Part shown: positions 48,501-56,428 of the stretch, piece by piece
Layout of the letters: each line of letters opens with the position of its first letter
Position numbering within the stretch: position 1 is the first letter of the stretch
IMG/VR virus record: IMGVR_UViG_3300030397_000824
Location: 37,047 to 101,046 of that record
Source of the DNA: a virus
Length of the DNA stretch: 64,000 nucleotides
Direction: 5' to 3' (one strand)
Notes under the pieces: generated by a model
What the model saw: only the letters and a program-made list of their open reading frames with translations
The model's database searches: none
Told to the model about the DNA's origin: nothing
Program-made: the position numbers and the translations under genes

Positions 48501-49726
48501 TTGTCGATGACACAGTTCAAAACGGATGGAAAGGACCACCAGATAATCCTGATTACACCATTGCCGATACTAATCCGGACACCATCGTTTGGAATATACG
48601 CCAAGAACATATTGAGTTGGATTGGACCGGTGTAACCGGCGCATCACTACCAACTGGTGCAGTGCCAGCGGCATACTTTGATATTTCCACAGTGGCCACG
48701 GATTACCGATTCTGGTTTGATGATACCACAACAGTTGCTCCACCAGCAGCAGGACGTACTCTGGTAGCTATGTCATTCACTGGAACCGAAACCGACCAAG
48801 AGATTTCAGATTTGGTTTTGGTTGAATTGCTAGCAGCCGATGCCGAATTCGCGAACGCTCAGAATGGTGGCGGTGTTTTCCGTGCCATCGACGTGGAATT
48901 GGTCACTGGTGGTGCTGTAACGCCTGCTGCCGATGGCGGCGTAGCAACGGGCCTAACTGTATTGACGATAGTTACCGGTACCGATGCACCGACAGGTTCC
49001 ACGATTACGGTCCGTGTCATCCGTACTGTTCAGATGAGCACCACATTGGTGATTGATGTCAATCCTAACCCGGGTCAAACCGTATCCGCTCAATTTGTTC
49101 CATACATCGAGGCAACTGATGTTGTCCGATTCGTGTTCAATGGTTGGAGAGTTGGGCCACTCGGTGGGTACACAGTTCCTCCGTTGGTTGCCCCTCTGGA
49201 CACACTGGGTTATGACATTGTGGATGGTATTTTCCGGTTTGATTCAACTCCTCCGGAGAATGCATTTTTCGCAATTAATTACACCGTGGCCAGACCTGCT
49301 GGTTCGCCGGAATCTATTCTTGTGAGAATGGAAAACATTGCGGCTGATATTCTTGCTGACCATGAATCATATGATGATCCAAACGGTTTTGAAACAAGCC
49401 GTCCGGTAGGAACTCAAATCATCAACACGACCGAGAATCGTACCTATACATGGGACGGAACCGTGTGGAATGCTGACCCATTCCCGGTCCCGGGCGACCA
49501 GTACTACGTCACACGTCCCCAACAGATTTGGGAATGGGACGGCGTGAGCTTTAATCTTCTGTTTTCAGTGGGTGATGCGTTCACTAAACCACCGGTTGTT
49601 GATTATCCGGCGTTTGGTCAGGGAATCACTTATGGAACATACGCTTTTGGTTCATCTACAGATGCGTTGGCACAGTGGCCGGATGCGTTTTACATCATGC
49701 AGCACCCGGGCGATTGTCCACCGTAA
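39569..49726 (+). CDS. Giant virion structural protein, baseplate wedge (gp7-like position), 3385 aa
   Basis: Follows gp6; DYDKHINFSRY.W, PWEVMGY..EP.WW, INEDWAWK.G, repeated GDG/V.DG.Q..DY modules. Confidence 0.85.
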   Translation: MAKERRAFNNYPDSLRTRQNNQETFIADDPSFEPEQADFLNGFIGDTSVLTAEDLERTPPILEGTAERQKYQLAVGATFINPDTQERESIASYTDLTNQIEANGGDVSDPNRVFAVDFYAWTPPIDYDKHINFSRYLWLGAGTADVQGEYVTKEISHSKTVIHEWDGVTLTAHAALIENGLPAIMPAGTYVEDASTIQRLVYRSDGVSWQLLNLEVVSDVPTDFSESPVPAYFYVARTGPDYQRPVVWKYSDGAGRWIPMPVVVNPETPETPRTGMIWEDSRLAGERVLKFFSNGAFQNLTYTATDGPPGTVGTDGEFIYDIREYETLTDEWSRNNWWKHQEDLSPADRTATNNEDQAIRPILEFWDGIESVAGDIKDSRNDSPVYKKYAIDTTTSEGFDTGESTTIFEYERGTGLDDPVLGFPLTFNSSGEFVFTLTLEDDPSSAIGYHYFLDTNTGLLHSIWHKSDVLTEQSVDANGLYDVPVSISSNADHDILTTASRSRMLRHMTSVIGAQVGFEGSLTGQNSYRWTDRSPTLGATIIDAEETLLRTLGTLQDVRLNFPDAIRREAKDYNKVLFRFTNKLNQLWDNLSFTNGNGSLYPGLTASEACDAVLTSIFMGRTEDFPYFNSDMGTFIETIVTTGTATVLDPNAKPIFIPPSPPRVGASPTFTPRSYEQRSGQTVLLGHEGTLIPSFADERDLIWLEFQTRLFNAVPDNFKVEDSTFSARFNKAGLTLTDHYGNYIPPTSIEPVDDVVTDFNAVVGPVDGFRVFSTDTAVFAVFSGGQWLTRAAIVDDIFLNNADSEYYIYNGLGTFLIDRWDRPFSFEYSTNEFRQIIRRDFERFIVFREQDFSENTTFDDTDPFTWNYRSAGVEGHYVGIYNRVYNTSRPHSSPWEVMGYSVEPDWWRTQYVPDSTAADGSPRYGSGHGMWTDFSGGIVAHPTGSIQNDQFIMAGPIPVDATGELLDPIAAGVVDETKLDQQRIDDIWIFGDGAEAEQEFLNSSFYAFSVALAGYLMKNGQWTDTLWVSNRVPVGETGAFPVFNAPHIVNGDTLTRPAISSRPIHLEIIDGVTQVNLGVHAWISEKINVEGSSVTEDFARVVKNTSPALVWKCSGYINESRTVISTLSRSEIPFSDVHVILHKSQPISQNFASGVLVAREATGVGYRVFGFDPFDPFFTIERSAIPIAGGQVLLEESFTVEYTDSDEYNVTGGSVFPNKKLQHTFEVSEFRLPSKTTSQDTAILAVLVNGSRMKSQHITVDNKANTVTIEDIVELMEGDSVVVQVLTTQSSSTTQIRQFVVNNVTFPYFASGTGEFERIEYGRFFETSTEVINFMIGYGRFLEAQGWVFDTLSEGGATRDWLLGAKRFARWVLDLESIWNPNSQVDILDEGTFYYSPMQDEAQFVSPFGQTTSVETIMNGAYGLLNRNAEPIDSDGTTVSRIDDRVEITRTDTNDDQTEIFGVRVNLIEAEHVVVFSNTTRFDDVIYDPISGLAQTTLVVDSYRTLNWQGRLEADGYILSGGSILPNFEKQAFDFTRFYDRFNTVDDPTKRELARDLYGYVPANQTRSFSNDLTRTPSIDRRVSSDSSQYMVPAGAADRTRFDYYRGMIQAKGTNRAIYAFTRGTTIGRDNFTINEDWAWKVGPDRFGDTRREVIRLSVGRQDFRDEVQVFNFGNPVDARNNTVEVQDFDRTDPDANTQWILPPSSSSVDDTSNLEFPIDRDTGLVDVDQFDYFAKLYDVDDNFTLLSHVQYDPQLEKFDTGATCLVDFFNTFDPARYNAGPDAAFSNDRCWGQEQVGSLWWNPGRKAYVAYRDLLPEYEDAAKYWGDLLFYKAAIERPDNDDRTVITVYDFLDTTRTTPIPHGVTIGESISISIRKCDQTEYNLTNVEVTAISTTELEFEIESSPDTPATGDPEAVIGHIDVYEWVESPVLPEEWEEFVEGLNDPNHPNGTPLNVDNPSYVELTIRNDDNVQTTTYFFWVLNSTGDNGRNKDLTAAQIASRIADPITNQVPWFAPVDANNMVIFTDGEKVEDGYGLEIAIDSRFLQTHGAFVLFSQGSEFFSVPEEIVEKMADCLAQIDGKGNTVPSPLLAESEKFGSCFFPIQTVFADVPSAVDVYVSSINRIFRRKNLSDVDILTGIFKLDDEFDATTNPDGYWQRTAFVERSVEDQEVYETVQTITERDRRLSLSLYAEGDVVRVIESGQTDAWTGSETPANYQLRDGGFVLVGIDNNTAIINSNIVTDADRFRGSAGQVAGALFFLIYDVLEKLEQNDLIYSLLHEMKVQHPDPRCDWFFKTSYITTTVQTTTDNSPFVRPDEVGAIRDNILNTKPYRTKFRGDVNAVAAAEIEPFETNIIEFPDKKVTLILDRLSCNGLDDCGWDTFAWDARALPCSVWDKPFWDYDDLGREEYYLLQTLQGDGSTSQFVVDALFDPTLYQIRTVVKQNGVEIDADYVVVTTSHTQIFVDTTFSLASTMTVEVYQSQGFYQDTDPTFIGTTLDDSLFQPAPSDYEHAVIRANVPPTEFYTVVGGDGNTFSTSSGPWIELYLNGTKQEPQVDYVYNFDYENSVFGATFTVAPTPGDEIAYVFIRGCFDINDPMGGRPEERIVTEVLDSVNICVINDFTDAYLGWDTTPWDTTAWDQAPLNVGRRVFLISVGNQEETPPGMEFFDTSEDIVVVDPTLIMGTSPMSYEIVSVELQKGGIGVFSPITEGVEFGFVGTFNNAISSLMPEQQDFIADGVDFVFTTTAGTEIAYVFLDGHLKTEGVDYTLDGTRTIITWIQPAPVISPNNATVFGVGYIGDNFTTDYEIGHADNSLTEENIFVFQNADLVDLADYSVVPGVIDVRFDTAPLIDDELIFFSLGNAFADDSAAFNIDNYTAGAAQTIFVTTSGGFATSESTWVFVDGRYQIEGTDYMVTGIDEVTFVVPLAGGEAVEIRIVNRGVTDMEHIVFASTATNGAPTDVIPGLGDAQIIERVLIFVDDTVQNGWKGPPDNPDYTIADTNPDTIVWNIRQEHIELDWTGVTGASLPTGAVPAAYFDISTVATDYRFWFDDTTTVAPPAAGRTLVAMSFTGTETDQEISDLVLVELLAADAEFANAQNGGGVFRAIDVELVTGGAVTPAADGGVATGLTVLTIVTGTDAPTGSTITVRVIRTVQMSTTLVIDVNPNPGQTVSAQFVPYIEATDVVRFVFNGWRVGPLGGYTVPPLVAPLDTLGYDIVDGIFRFDSTPPENAFFAINYTVARPAGSPESILVRMENIAADILADHESYDDPNGFETSRPVGTQIINTTENRTYTWDGTVWNADPFPVPGDQYYVTRPQQIWEWDGVSFNLLFSVGDAFTKPPVVDYPAFGQGITYGTYAFGSSTDALAQWPDAFYIMQHPGDCPP

Positions 49727-49729
49727 ATA
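49724..49729 (+). promoter_or_regulatory. Late promoter overlapping stop codon
   Basis: GTAAATAT upstream of 49752 gene. Confidence 0.5.
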
Positions 49730-49751
49730 TGACTAAATCGAGGAATTTCGA

Positions 49752-50420
49752 ATGCAATTGTCAGATCAACTTAATATCCGCTTAGAGGGACACGTTCTCA
49801 TCCGTGAATACGATGAGGAATCTGCTCTTATAACGGACCGGTCCAAGGAATGTGGGGAAGAATTTGCCACAGAACAACTCCGTGACCGTTACATGCGGAA
49901 TGGCGAAGGTAAGGTTTTACTTGACCAACGAAACGCTATCCACAACGAACATGCATCAATCATCATCGCACGTGGCTTGGCCAACCGTGATGATGGTTCC
50001 GTTTACTCAATGCACTTCGGAACCGGTGGAGCAACCATCGACCCATTGGGTAACATCATTTTTGCTACACCGAACACTATTGGTGCGGCTGACCTGAATG
50101 TTCCGGTTTACTTCGAAATTGTTGATGACACGTTAAGTGCTCCTGCCGGTAACCAAATGGCTGTACGTCATATCAATGGAACACTGTTTTCCGACGTGGA
50201 AATCCGTTGTGTAATAGACAAGGATGAGCCGTTCGGACAACAAGCTTTCGATAATGTTGGGTTTAATATCAACGACCCGACGTTGTTTGTTTTTGATGAG
50301 ATTGGTTTGAAGTCACAGGACGGATTGCTACTCACTCATATCACATTTTCACCTATTCAGAAGTCTGCAAACCGAATCATAGAAGTGGTTTACACACTAC
50401 GAGTGAGAATCTGTGAGTAA
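49752..50420 (+). CDS. Virion structural protein (baseplate-associated)
   Basis: NAIH.E, M.FG.GG, FVFDEIGL, QKSANR.IEV.YTLR; position after wedge genes. Confidence 0.75.
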   Translation: MQLSDQLNIRLEGHVLIREYDEESALITDRSKECGEEFATEQLRDRYMRNGEGKVLLDQRNAIHNEHASIIIARGLANRDDGSVYSMHFGTGGATIDPLGNIIFATPNTIGAADLNVPVYFEIVDDTLSAPAGNQMAVRHINGTLFSDVEIRCVIDKDEPFGQQAFDNVGFNINDPTLFVFDEIGLKSQDGLLLTHITFSPIQKSANRIIEVVYTLRVRICE

Positions 50421-50425
50421 TCGGA

Positions 50426-50431
50426 TAAATA
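50426..50431 (+). promoter_or_regulatory. Late promoter
   Basis: GATAAATAC upstream of fibre genes. Confidence 0.65.
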
Positions 50432-50453
50432 CCAGACTAGAGGATTCAATTTA

Positions 50454-51107
50454 ATGCCAGCCTACACATTAGACAATAGCCGAGGAACTACCGTTGCCGT
50501 CATCAACGTCGGAACAACTACTGGTGCTACGTTCCCTATTGAAATTCAGGGACAGGGCATTGCTCCCTACGGCACGATTCACGCAACCACCCTCTACCAC
50601 ATGTTGGAGAACTTTGCGAATACGATTGAACCAGTGAACCCAGTCGAGGGTATGAACTTCTATCGCTCGGATTTGCAAATTCCCCACTTTTACGATGGTA
50701 GTGGTTTTGTGCCATATCTGACGCGTAGCAGTGCAAATTCTGGTCAGTTCGAGATGCTACCTACCGCTACGGGAATCGACATGACCGTAACAGGAACTAC
50801 GCCTCTTTTCACGGCCCCGGCTGACGGAACAACATGGTTGCCGAGTTATTTGGTTCTGGTTTCCACGACTGCAACTGCGGTTACTGGACCAGCACACTTC
50901 AACCTTCAGATTTCTGCGGCTGAGGATGTACTGGAGCAAACAACAATCGCCAACCCGAGCACAACGAATTCTCATCAGTACAGCATCGAGGGTACCACTA
51001 GGTTCGCTTCTGGCGCTGAGACTATTAGCTTAGAGGTAACGATTGCGGCCCCTGCCACGGCATTGGTTATGAATGCGTTCCTCTTCGGATTTAACAACAG
51101 GACATAA
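50454..51107 (+). CDS. Fibre/baseplate structural protein
   Basis: G.G..PYG....MLENFAN...P.NP.EG motif; late promoter. Confidence 0.65.
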   Translation: MPAYTLDNSRGTTVAVINVGTTTGATFPIEIQGQGIAPYGTIHATTLYHMLENFANTIEPVNPVEGMNFYRSDLQIPHFYDGSGFVPYLTRSSANSGQFEMLPTATGIDMTVTGTTPLFTAPADGTTWLPSYLVLVSTTATAVTGPAHFNLQISAAEDVLEQTTIANPSTTNSHQYSIEGTTRFASGAETISLEVTIAAPATALVMNAFLFGFNNRT

Positions 51108-51112
51108 AGTAG

Positions 51113-52711
51113 ATGCCTATTACACTCATTCCATATGGTCTTCTTGACGGCGGTCGATACGGTATCAAACTGGATGATATCACTGGTGAGCCATTGGCTG
51201 CGGCGGTCGAGATTTTGGACACGCTTCCGTCTCCCGCTGATCCATCAAACTTTGATGGACGTGTGGTTTTTGCAATTGACGCACAACTGCTTTATGTTTT
51301 TCTGGCGACCACAATCGAGTGGTTCCCGTTGGAAGGTATTCCAGCAGAAGTAGGTGCCGTCGGTGGTACCCCTCCGACCGTCCCAGTTCCGTCAATTGGA
51401 TCACTTTTCTTTGATACTGACACGGAAGTTTCCTTCGTATGGGATGGAGCAGCATGGCAACCAATGGGCGGACGGTTCGCCGGACGGTTCATCGAAAACA
51501 TTGCCATCTCGACTGGTGTTGCAGGTCCGGGTGGTGACACCTTTGCTCTGGGTACGACCCCGGTCTACAGCGAGTTCGTCGAAGTTTATTTAGATGGTGT
51601 ACGACAGCTTCCGAATCCGGGTGGTGACTATAATGTAATTGGTTCGAACGTCGTGTTTCCGGCTCCGGTCCCTGCGGCTGTTGAAGTATTCACCAGAACT
51701 CTGGAATCGACTGTTCTGGAATCTCCGGCACTGGTTCAAAACACACAATGCATCACGGCAAACTATGATGCTCAACCAGCGGCTTTGACCGACTTTGATG
51801 TCGGTGCAGCGGGAATCGACCCGGCCTGTACCATGGTTTTCCGAAACGGAATTCTCTTAACGGGTGGCGGAATCGATTATAGTGTTTCTGCGGCTGATAC
51901 CGTAATCACCGGCATCATCAAAACCGGTGCAACTGTTGCTGAAGTAACCACTTCATCAGCGCACGGTGCTGGTGTTGGTGATGTAGTAACCATTTCAGGG
52001 TGTGCGGAACCAGAATTCAACGGAACATTCACGATTTCTTCTATTGTTAGCACGACTGTCTTCGAAATTCCCGTGGTAATAACTGCCCCGGCGTCCTGTT
52101 CTCAGGCAGAAATTTCTGTTCCGGTAAGCTTTAGTCCTCCGTTTACGAATGATGAAATTATTCTGAATACTCCAACTGTATTGAATGATGACATTGTCAT
52201 CATGACTTTCCAGAGAATCCTCGTATCTCCAACCACGGGTGAGGCCAATACCGCCTCCAATCTCGGTGTTGGTGTAGGACTGTTCTCAACCAAGACCGGT
52301 GAAGATTTGCGCTTCAACTCGATTTCTGGTGGTAGTGGTATTTTGGTTACGGATACAGGAAGTGGTACAGTTACCATTACCGCTGATGCTCTGCAAACAT
52401 TCGAATCCCGTGTTGGTATCAACTCGTCGGTTTACAACCTCGGTACCACGGAAAGTTACATAGGTGTTCGCGATACATCCGCAGTTGTAACAATCGATCT
52501 TTCTACGGTTCCTCCCGGTACGTCTGGGTCGGGTCGTCGCTTGGTGATCACGGACGAATCTGGTGGTGCCTCAGTAAACAACATCCAAATTGCACATGCA
52601 GGCGCAACGTTCAACGGAGCCGCAAGTCCGCTGTTGATTACGTCAAATTATGGATCAGTTACCATCGTTTATGACGGTGCCGATTGGTACATCACCTCAC
52701 AGACCTTCTAA
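51113..52711 (+). CDS. Tail fibre-like protein
   Basis: Beta-rich modules (V.LDGV.Q..DY), NTASNLG.G.G linker, C-terminal I.SNYGSVT.V.DG..W. Confidence 0.7.
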   Translation: MPITLIPYGLLDGGRYGIKLDDITGEPLAAAVEILDTLPSPADPSNFDGRVVFAIDAQLLYVFLATTIEWFPLEGIPAEVGAVGGTPPTVPVPSIGSLFFDTDTEVSFVWDGAAWQPMGGRFAGRFIENIAISTGVAGPGGDTFALGTTPVYSEFVEVYLDGVRQLPNPGGDYNVIGSNVVFPAPVPAAVEVFTRTLESTVLESPALVQNTQCITANYDAQPAALTDFDVGAAGIDPACTMVFRNGILLTGGGIDYSVSAADTVITGIIKTGATVAEVTTSSAHGAGVGDVVTISGCAEPEFNGTFTISSIVSTTVFEIPVVITAPASCSQAEISVPVSFSPPFTNDEIILNTPTVLNDDIVIMTFQRILVSPTTGEANTASNLGVGVGLFSTKTGEDLRFNSISGGSGILVTDTGSGTVTITADALQTFESRVGINSSVYNLGTTESYIGVRDTSAVVTIDLSTVPPGTSGSGRRLVITDESGGASVNNIQIAHAGATFNGAASPLLITSNYGSVTIVYDGADWYITSQTF

Positions 52712-52722
52712 GGTGAACTGAT

Positions 52723-53364
52723 ATGGTAACAAAGGCGACCAGAGACGTAGTAGACCTGAACACACGGGAAGTGATTGATGGATTGCGCGTTTCTGGTGAC
52801 AATAGTGCTAATTTTAGTATCAACGGAACAGTGATTGGGGCAACGCTTCCCGCTGACGGAACATTTGTCAACATCGGTGCGACGAATGCAAATGTATCTG
52901 TAAATCTGACAGTAGGAACCTCCTTGGATGTCACTGGTGCTACAGTTACCGGACTCGATATCGCCCCACCCGTTGGTGCGATCATCATGTTCAACGGAAC
53001 GTTTGCGTCCATACCAGCAAACTGGCAATTGTGTGATGGTACTAATGGCACACCGGACATGACTGACCAATTCGTCTACGGAACAAACATTGAAGGAGAA
53101 TTGCTGGATTCTGGTGGTCAAGCAGATGCAATTATCCCGAACCACACACACCCGATTAGCGACCCGGGCCACAGACACACGGATATAGGTCGTGCGCTCG
53201 GTGATGCAGACGGTACTCCGGGTGGACAGGGTTTCAGCGGATCACACAATACCGGAAACGCGACTACTGGAATTTCCATAAACAATCCAACTGGGGGTGA
53301 AGACGTGACGGACAAAAACCTCCCACCTTTTATCAAATTGGCATTTATCCAGCGAATATCCTAA
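52723..53364 (+). CDS. Tail collar domain fibre protein
   Basis: PVGAIIMFNG....P.NWQLCDGTNGTPD, NLPPF..LAFI. Confidence 0.85.
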   Translation: MVTKATRDVVDLNTREVIDGLRVSGDNSANFSINGTVIGATLPADGTFVNIGATNANVSVNLTVGTSLDVTGATVTGLDIAPPVGAIIMFNGTFASIPANWQLCDGTNGTPDMTDQFVYGTNIEGELLDSGGQADAIIPNHTHPISDPGHRHTDIGRALGDADGTPGGQGFSGSHNTGNATTGISINNPTGGEDVTDKNLPPFIKLAFIQRIS

Positions 53365-53388
53365 GTGAGCGGAACTCCTGAAATTTAC

Positions 53389-53394
53389 TAAATA
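53389..53394 (+). promoter_or_regulatory. Late promoter
   Basis: CTAAATAC upstream of 53425 gene. Confidence 0.65.
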
Positions 53395-53424
53395 CCGATA
53401 GCAAAACCTTAAGGGGAAAAAGTA

Positions 53425-54042
53425 ATGGTAACAAAGGCGACCAGAGATGTTATCGATCTACAAGTTCGAGAGATCATAGACGGTATTAAAATCACCGGGG
53501 ATAACACGTTCGCAAACTTCAGTATCGACGGTACGGTTATCGGTTCGGTCAATCCTGACGATGGAACATTTGTAAATGCGACGGCTACCAATCTCACCGT
53601 TACCGGCATCATTGATGGTACTGGTGCTACGGTTGTTGGCTCATGGCAAGCAACCTATTCTGACGTAGCTGAACTTTATGAGGCCGATGAAGATTACGCC
53701 CCGGGTACGGTTGTTAAAATCGGCGGTGACAAAGAGATCACTGCCTCCGATATTTCGGGCGACGATGTATTTGGTGTTATTTCATCCGAACCGGCCTACG
53801 TTTTGAATTCCGGAAAAGAAGGACTATATTTGCCAGTAGTTATGGTTGGTCGTATTCCTGTCCGCGTGAAGGGTCCGATTTCTAAGGGAGAGCGTTTGGT
53901 AGCTTCCAACACTCCCGGCGTAGCACGAGCAGCGTTGGCCAGTGAATGTTCTGGCAACACACCAGTCTTTGGACGCTCACTAGAAAATGGTGACGAAGAC
54001 GGAGAGCGCTTAGTAGAGTGCGCGTTTGTCACAATACGATAA
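53425..54042 (+). CDS. Short fibre protein with peptidase G2-like intramolecular chaperone domain
   Basis: SDVAE.Y..D....GTVV..GG.KEI, FGVIS..PAY, GR.PV.V.G.I.KG..LV.S; N-terminus paralogous to 52723 gene. Confidence 0.7.
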   Translation: MVTKATRDVIDLQVREIIDGIKITGDNTFANFSIDGTVIGSVNPDDGTFVNATATNLTVTGIIDGTGATVVGSWQATYSDVAELYEADEDYAPGTVVKIGGDKEITASDISGDDVFGVISSEPAYVLNSGKEGLYLPVVMVGRIPVRVKGPISKGERLVASNTPGVARAALASECSGNTPVFGRSLENGDEDGERLVECAFVTIR

Positions 54043-54052
54043 GGTGGGTTAA

Positions 54053-54997
54053 ATGACTTACAGGCAAGACGAGGTAATCGAAGCCGTTGATTACAACTCA
54101 TTCCGTACCACTCTTCTAGATGTTTGGGATGTCGGTAACGGCATGCTCGGATATGGCCAAATTGATACTGGTGGTGCTTCGGCAATACCCACGGTAGCAG
54201 TTGGCGCGGATGTGTTGAGTACCGAATGGGAAGCCCTTCGTTTTGCTGCACAAACCGCCTCCGACCATCAAGGGAGCACTACCACATTCCCTCCGGCGTC
54301 AGAACTATTAGTCGATGAAGTTATCGAAGCCCACGAAGCCGATGATGGAAATATCTACGACTTCGATGGCAGCTTGGCTACCATTACCACAAACTCGCTT
54401 CTTTTCGATGCGGGTTCCGTTTCCGTATTTTCCAATGAATTGGTGAGCACCCGAGGAAGCTCGTGGAGTGTCCAGTTAGAACATCGCTTTACTGCTATTC
54501 ATCCAACCGTTGATGACGCACGCTACTTTTTTAATTCTGGAGGTGAGATTCGTTTCCGTGGTTCGCGTTCTGGTGGCTCATCCAATGACCAAAATACGAG
54601 TTGGACAGATATTCTGACAAATATGGGCACTATCATTTTCAACTACACCGAAACAACCGGTGGTGGTTCTGGGTGGACTATGTCCACTATTGGTTATTAC
54701 GATCTCACGACCTCTTGGCAGAGGATTGCGACTGGTATTGACCCGGCTGGTGGTGCATACGCATCCAACGAAGCAACAATTGATGCACGTGTTCTTGATG
54801 GACCAACGGGACCAAACGGTGACGTTGGCCGACAGCTTGAGTTCCGTGTTCGATATACTGATAATCACACCAATGGATTTTTCGATAGTGTTAACGGGAC
54901 AATTGAATCCCGCATCGACTATCAGAAAGCAACATCACCGCTAACAATCCAAGACCCAGTTTTTGCATCGTCTATCGTTCTAACTGACGGGTCATAA
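54053..54997 (+). CDS. Virion structural protein (paralog A)
   Basis: DDARYFFNSGGEIR, GYYDLT shared with next gene. Confidence 0.65.
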   Translation: MTYRQDEVIEAVDYNSFRTTLLDVWDVGNGMLGYGQIDTGGASAIPTVAVGADVLSTEWEALRFAAQTASDHQGSTTTFPPASELLVDEVIEAHEADDGNIYDFDGSLATITTNSLLFDAGSVSVFSNELVSTRGSSWSVQLEHRFTAIHPTVDDARYFFNSGGEIRFRGSRSGGSSNDQNTSWTDILTNMGTIIFNYTETTGGGSGWTMSTIGYYDLTTSWQRIATGIDPAGGAYASNEATIDARVLDGPTGPNGDVGRQLEFRVRYTDNHTNGFFDSVNGTIESRIDYQKATSPLTIQDPVFASSIVLTDGS

Positions 54998-55000
54998 ATC

Positions 55001-55999
55001 ATGGCCTATGTTCTTGGCGATGACATCCTCGACACGGAGTATAATGACTTCATCGGGGCAAGTGGTACTGCCGCTTATGCATCTCAGGTCGCAGTCGATG
55101 CAGCCGCACCGTGCGTGGGGGCCATATACGGCGTCGGGTACGGCGATAGGGGATATGGGCAGACTACCATTACCCTAACCGCAATCACCGCAGGAACGGT
55201 CATTTCGAGCGCTCAGTGGACTGATATGCGGGATGCCCTTGCCGTTTGTTCTGAAAGTCAGGACGGTTCTCCGGATTCACTCATTCCGCCAGCAACAGAA
55301 TTAGAAGCTGGCGACTTGATTCAAGCACATGAGTCTGATGCTCCTACAAGTGATACATACGATTTCAATAGTGTAATTTCGGACATTGATACGAATCGTT
55401 TCGTTTTGGATGCAACGAAAGATGGCACGTTTTCAACGATTACTACATCAAGTGATACCCGCACATCATCTTGGGGTTCCGGAACAGGTTCCATTGATTG
55501 TCAATTCAATTATGATTTTGGTTCAGAAGATGATGCTCGATACTTTTTCAACTCGGGCGGTGAAATCCGAATTGATTTGAGTCATCCAACGGGCTCGTCT
55601 CAGGATAACAACTGGAATACGGCACTCGGCACTGCACTCGGTCAAGTTCGGATGGGATACACTGCTACCACAAGTACGGGAACCAGCGCATTATCATCCT
55701 CGGTCGGATTCTATGATTTGACGGATTCCTTCCAAACAATACTGGATGGAACCAATATTGGTACCGGCGCATATTCTGCGAACGATGTTCTTATTGAAGC
55801 CCGACGACTAAACTTTTCCGGCGTTAATGGTGGTAATGGTGATGGAGTGCGCGTTCGTATAACACTGACTGACCAGCACACAAATGCATTCTCGGATACA
55901 GTATCTTCCGGCACTGCTGCCAGCTTCACGGTTCTCAAGGCCACTTTCCTCTCGGGTATTATCACACCGACCGGTTCTCTTACCGACACGTTCGACTAA
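55001..55999 (+). CDS. Virion structural protein (paralog B)
   Basis: DDARYFFNSGGEIR, GFYDLT. Confidence 0.65.
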   Translation: MAYVLGDDILDTEYNDFIGASGTAAYASQVAVDAAAPCVGAIYGVGYGDRGYGQTTITLTAITAGTVISSAQWTDMRDALAVCSESQDGSPDSLIPPATELEAGDLIQAHESDAPTSDTYDFNSVISDIDTNRFVLDATKDGTFSTITTSSDTRTSSWGSGTGSIDCQFNYDFGSEDDARYFFNSGGEIRIDLSHPTGSSQDNNWNTALGTALGQVRMGYTATTSTGTSALSSSVGFYDLTDSFQTILDGTNIGTGAYSANDVLIEARRLNFSGVNGGNGDGVRVRITLTDQHTNAFSDTVSSGTAASFTVLKATFLSGIITPTGSLTDTFD

Positions 56000-56000
56000 C

Positions 56001-56030
56001 CTTGACACGTCTCCGGAGTGGAGTTATCTT
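56001..56030 (+). promoter_or_regulatory. RpoH/sigma70-type promoter of modification cluster
   Basis: cTTGACA-N17-TATCTT. Confidence 0.6.
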
Positions 56031-56053
56031 CTAATATACAGAAGAGGTTCCTG

Positions 56054-56428
56054 ATGGAAAAAATAGATATAGATCAAATAGTTGCAAAGGCCGACCGCCG
56101 AGCCGTTTATCTTAATCAAGTAAAACATGCCAAAGATACCTTCCGTGCCCGTAATATTCTGGCATGGGATGGTCATATATTTGAACTGTCGGAGTCGTTT
56201 CTGTCTTACGTTTATATTCGCTTCATGGAATGGACCACGTCGGTGGAAGAATCACCCGATCCAATTATTATTTTGGATAAGAACGAGGAGCCCGTGTTGG
56301 TCGAGGACGTGATGGCCTTCGTGGACGCAATCAACGAGGCCCACGCCGAAGCATTGAACGAATATTACGATACATATTCCCGATTACAGCATGCTCAGAG
56401 TACCGAAGAATTGATCGGAGTGACGTGA
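56054..56428 (+). CDS. Hypothetical protein
   Basis: GAGG RBS before ATG 56054. Confidence 0.7.
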   Translation: MEKIDIDQIVAKADRRAVYLNQVKHAKDTFRARNILAWDGHIFELSESFLSYVYIRFMEWTTSVEESPDPIIILDKNEEPVLVEDVMAFVDAINEAHAEALNEYYDTYSRLQHAQSTEELIGVT

